This document shows, piece after piece, positions 60,201 to 64,000 of a DNA stretch of 64,000 bases. Made by a program: the position numbers and the translations under genes. This DNA comes from Lingula anatina (lineage: Eukaryota > Animalia > Brachiopoda): positions 22,802,225 to 22,866,224 of the forward strand of contig CM120640.1 of the NCBI GenBank assembly GCA_051362555.1. Reading direction: 5' to 3'. Under the pieces are notes generated by a model. That model was not told the DNA's origin and ran no database searches. It worked only from the letters and a program-made list of their open reading frames with translations. Each line of letters opens with the position of its first letter. Within the stretch, counting starts at the first letter, position 1.

Positions 60201-60607
60201 CAGTGTCAGCAAGCAATAGGTTATCAGATAATAAGTACTTAAACCTCTGTCCCACATGCGAACATTACTGTTTTTTTATTTGGTGGCAAAATGCTCTGTA
60301 ATGCATTTCTGTTTGTTTTCGCAAAGCAATTCACTGAGATAAATATTGACAAATAAGCACAAAAAGCCACTATGCAACTAACACCAAAGAGGAGTTGGTG
60401 GAAGTGTCATGTTTGAAAAATAAAAGCTTTGATGTCAATCAGCAGATGGTTCAAATGTATTGCTTCTATTCACCAGCTTCAGTGTCACTGCTATTCTCAG
60501 ACTGTCCTGAGACAAATGCTTGACTGCCTAAAGTTGGGACTTCCTGAGGTTGCCCTCCAGCGTGATAAATTGGCGCTGGCCATATGATTGGCCTCACACA
60601 TCCATAT

Positions 60608-63600
60608 TCACTCTCTGTAATACATAACATATTTTTTCAGAGCCTCTGGTATAGGAAGGCTATTAACTCTTTCTTTCATCAAGTCCTTATAGGTCATTCT
60701 TGGCGAGTTATTATCTTGATCCTCATTATCGTCTTCAGTGCATTTGTCATTCTCAGTGCCACCATAGTCCATTTTTTCATCCTGCTCTTCAATGGTCTTG
60801 AAGAACTCTGGACGCTCTATATTGGCACTGTCTGGGGTGAGCTTAGCTTCACTGTCAGAATGGTAATCACTGCTGGTACTTACTCGCTGTCTGTCTGATG
60901 GCATTCTAAAGGGTCTAGGCGACAAGAGATGCTCAGATTCTAAACTTGATGGGTTTAATTCGGGAAACTCCACTCCAGACTCAGATGAGCTTGAAGAAGA
61001 TGATGACGTATGCCCTTTTCTTGAGGAGTTTACAGCTTTTATCAACTTTGGTTTGGATTTTTTACCATTTGTCCCCGCACCTCTCCCAGTTAATTCGACC
61101 TCCATTTCTTCTTCACTAATCTGAGCATCATCTTCCTTCTCATCTCCTTTTTCATTATGATCATATTTCTCTTCCACTTCATCATCTTTAGATTCTTTAC
61201 CATTATCACACTCCCCTTCACCACTTTCAACCGTTTCATTTTCTCTTTCCTGTTCATCATCTGTGGTTCCATTACTGACTACCTCTTCATCAGAAGACCT
61301 TTCACCTCTTCTTAGCCAAACATCTGGCCCACTGCTCTCATTATTTTCATCATCATCATCAAATCTGCCCAAGATCATCATACCCATGCTCATTGGAACA
61401 ATATTGACATGTCGATGATGTCGGGGACGTTTGGGGCATTTTGGTTTTCTACGTTTTCTTGTGCTTAGGTTTGGATGTAATATGTTGATATTGGAGCGCA
61501 GTATTCTTCTTATGCCACAGCGACATGCTTCTTGAAGAGATAAAGGGTTCACCTCAGCTGAATTAAAAAATATGCCTACTTTTAAGAAAGAGATGAAGAA
61601 AGCAGAAAGATTGACGATTACCAAGAAATCAAAACTCTCACAAATGATTATACAAAGAATGACTACAATTTAATTTGTTCATAATCTCTATCTGAAAGAT
61701 GATACACACAACATATGAAAAAAAACTTACAGCAAAGGTTGATACAGTTACTTGTGGTAAAATGTAACAGATTAAAACAACATCTCATTACTTAGCAAAC
61801 TAGAGGATCAGAGAGGCGATACCGCCTCCGAATATTGTACCACCAGCTGGAGCAAGCGCATTCGTATAGACCCCCACATACACAAAATAAGGGACACAGC
61901 CACCAGTTTTGTGCTTGACAAGCTGTAAAAATGCAATCAACAAGAATTTTTTAACTATTGCAAAAAATATATATGGTACAATCAAATTTAAGTTCTTCGT
62001 AAGATAGGTCAAGGGTCAATTTCAAGGTCACAGTAAATTGCCAGTATATGACTTCCTATTCAAGTTCAAGAGTAACTATGGACCTATCTCTGTCAAGTTT
62101 GAAGTTAAAAGAGAAAGAAATAAGCAGAGTTCACTTCATGATAAAAAGTAGGTCAAAGGTCAATTTCAAGGTCACACTTAGATTGCCAGTATAGGACTTC
62201 CTATTCAAGTTCAATAGTAACTATGGACCTATCTCTGCCAGTTTTGGAGATAAAAGGGAAGCAAAATTTGCAAAGTTCAGTTCATGGTGAAAAGTAGGTC
62301 AAAGGTCAATTTTAAGGTCACATTTAGATTGCCAGTATATGACTTCCTATTCAAGTTCAATAGTAACTATGGACCTATCTCTGCCAGTTTTGGAGATAAA
62401 AGGAAAGCAAAATTTGCAAAGTTCAGTTCATGGTGAAAAGTAGGTCAAAGGTCAATTTTAAGGTCACATTTAGATTGCCAGTATATGACTTCCTATTCAA
62501 GTTCAATAGTAACTATGGACCTATCTCTGCCAGTTTTGGAGATAAAAGGGAAGCAAAATTTACAAAGTTCAGTTCATGGTGAAAAGTAGGTCAAAGGTCA
62601 ATTTTAAGGTCACATGTAGATTGCCAGTATATGACTTCCTATTCAAGTTCAATAGTAGCTATGGACCTATCTCTGCCAGTTTCCGAGATAAAAGGGACGC
62701 AAAATTTACAAAGTTCAGTTCATGGTGAAAAGTAGGTCAAAGGTCAATTTTAAGGTCACATTTAGATTGCCAGTATATGACTTCCTTTTCAACTTCAATA
62801 GTAACTATGGACCTATCTCTGCCAGTTTTGGAGATATAAGGGACTAAATGGTATAATTTTGGAGTTACCATAGTGTGCCATAAATTTCCTACAGAAAAAA
62901 ATTAATTAAGATAAAGAAAAGGTCATTTTGGTCAAAATTCTTGAAATGGGAGGTGCTTTGAAGTTCCAGATGTTCAAATTTGATGAAATAATGTCATTTT
63001 TGACCACAAGTTGTCTGCTTTGCCAAGCCCGCACATTTTGCTTTCACCACCAGTATATGACTTTTTGATAAAGCGTAACTCGAAAACCGTATGGAATACA
63101 AAAAAACGGAGACCACCTCCAGTGTTGGGCTTTACATGCTCTACAAAATTAAAATAAGAATGGGTGCCTAGCATTAACTGTTCCCGAATTAGAGACAATT
63201 TTCAGTTTTGATATCTTATGGCCGCTACTCCCGTGAAAATGCACCGATTGACCCCAAATTCACGGAGATGAAAGATGACCCGAAGGGTAACACTTTCCAT
63301 TAATATTATTAGTTAAGTCTGTGTGGTGTCTGAATAAGAGCGCAAAAAAATTTTTTTTCGGCAAAAATTTTGTTTTTTTGAAAATTTTGGCCCGTTTGAC
63401 CTTGAAATAAAGGTCAAAGGTCAAATCCAAGGGCATATTTGAAATCTACACATATGACTTTTGGAAAGCTGTCTGTAGAAATTTTTCCCATAATTCCTTC
63501 CGTAGGGGAGATAATTAGCATTTAATTTTGCCATTTTTGGACAATGGTGCATTGCAATGAGTGCCACACCTAGACCCCAATACCGACAAAGCCCAAATTT

Positions 63601-63987
63601 TACGTGGAACGAGTTGAGATTATAGGTGACCTAAATCCAAGAGATGGGTATGGAGGCCCTTACCGTCTAGGAGGAGAAGCGGTAACGGTGACTTGGCGGC
63701 GGAGCCGCAGGAGCCGGCGGAGCTGCAGGAGCCGGCGGAGCCGCAGGAGCCGGCGGAGCCGGCGGAACATACGGGTCGGGACTAAAACCATGAGTACCGC
63801 CAGCGCCTACGCTGGTGGTACAATTAATCTAATGGCTGCATTGCACGCTACATTGAAAGTATCACTTACGCATATCAATCATATTTGCATACTGCTCTCT
63901 CTCAGGTTGAATGAGAGTGGCAAAAGAAACTGGAAGGACACTCCTACTCTCCCATCTTCTTTCACCAGCTCTGGTTATCTGAAGAAG
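60608..63987 (-). CDS. PCMTD1: PCMT-domain-containing protein (PCMTD1/2), last two exons 63987-63870 and 61557-60608; 5' part outside the window
   Basis: LLQITRAGERRWESRSVLPVSFATLIQP (cf. human [28 protein letters not shown]), BC-box PLSLQEACRCGIRRILR, terminal cullin-box KERVNSLPIPEALKKYVMYYRE. Phase-1 junction is in frame. Confidence 0.9.
62005..62843. repeat. 146-bp tandem repeat, about 5.8 copies, inside the HINE
   Basis: TAGGTCAAAGGTCAATTT recurs at 62005 (variant), 62149, 62295, 62441, 62587 and 62733. Confidence 0.95.
63696..63768. repeat. GC-rich (GGAGCCGGC/GGAGCCGCA)n 9/18-bp minisatellite inside the HINE
   Basis: Direct reading. It produces the spurious RRS-repeat ORF at 63604-63996. 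Confidence 0.9.
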
Positions 63988-64000
63988 CTGAATTAAGATA

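Larger units (their letters stand above)
61797..63826 (-). mobile_element. Helentron-associated non-autonomous element (HINE / DINE-1 / pearl-like) in the last PCMTD intron
   Basis: 14-bp subterminal inverted repeats ATTGTACCACCAGC (61834-61847) / GCTGGTGGTACAAT (63811-63824). Partner palindrome GTACCGCCAGC (63794-63804). GC-rich minisatellite, internal tandem array, 3' hairpin GAGGCG-ATAC-CGCCTC (61813-61828), and CTAG-TTT end on the minus strand. Confidence 0.85.

Noticed and set aside
62005-62843. Tandem array as a CRISPR-like locus
   Set aside because: Whole 146-bp units repeat with no unique spacers, there are no cas genes, and the context is a eukaryotic intron.
63604-63996. ORF with RRS repeats resembling a protamine
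   Set aside because: It is the translation of the HINE minisatellite and the antisense of a PCMTD exon.

Overview
AT-rich, intron-containing animal genomic DNA, most consistent with a lophotrochozoan such as a mollusc (inferred from gene structure and repeat types, not established). Eight spliced protein-coding genes can be rebuilt by eye from GT-AG exons. In order they are: a C9orf72-like gene (-, runs off the left end), DNAI4/WDR78 (-), MIER1 (+, head-to-head with DNAI4), GADD45GIP1/CRIF1 (+), an unrecognised coiled-coil gene (+), PXMP4 (+), a seven-finger MYT1/MYT1L/ST18-family C2HC zinc-finger gene (+), and the last two exons of a PCMTD1/2 gene (-). Non-coding highlights are a structurally complete 2-kb Helentron-type non-autonomous element carrying a 146-bp tandem array dense in nuclear-receptor motifs, a Kolobok-like MITE, a hAT-like MITE pair, tandem CTCF-like motifs, frame-preserving zinc-finger cassette exons, and two gene pairs also adjacent in human. 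No prokaryotic-type system, CRISPR array, tRNA or rRNA was seen. Exon coordinates were derived manually and may be off by a few bases.
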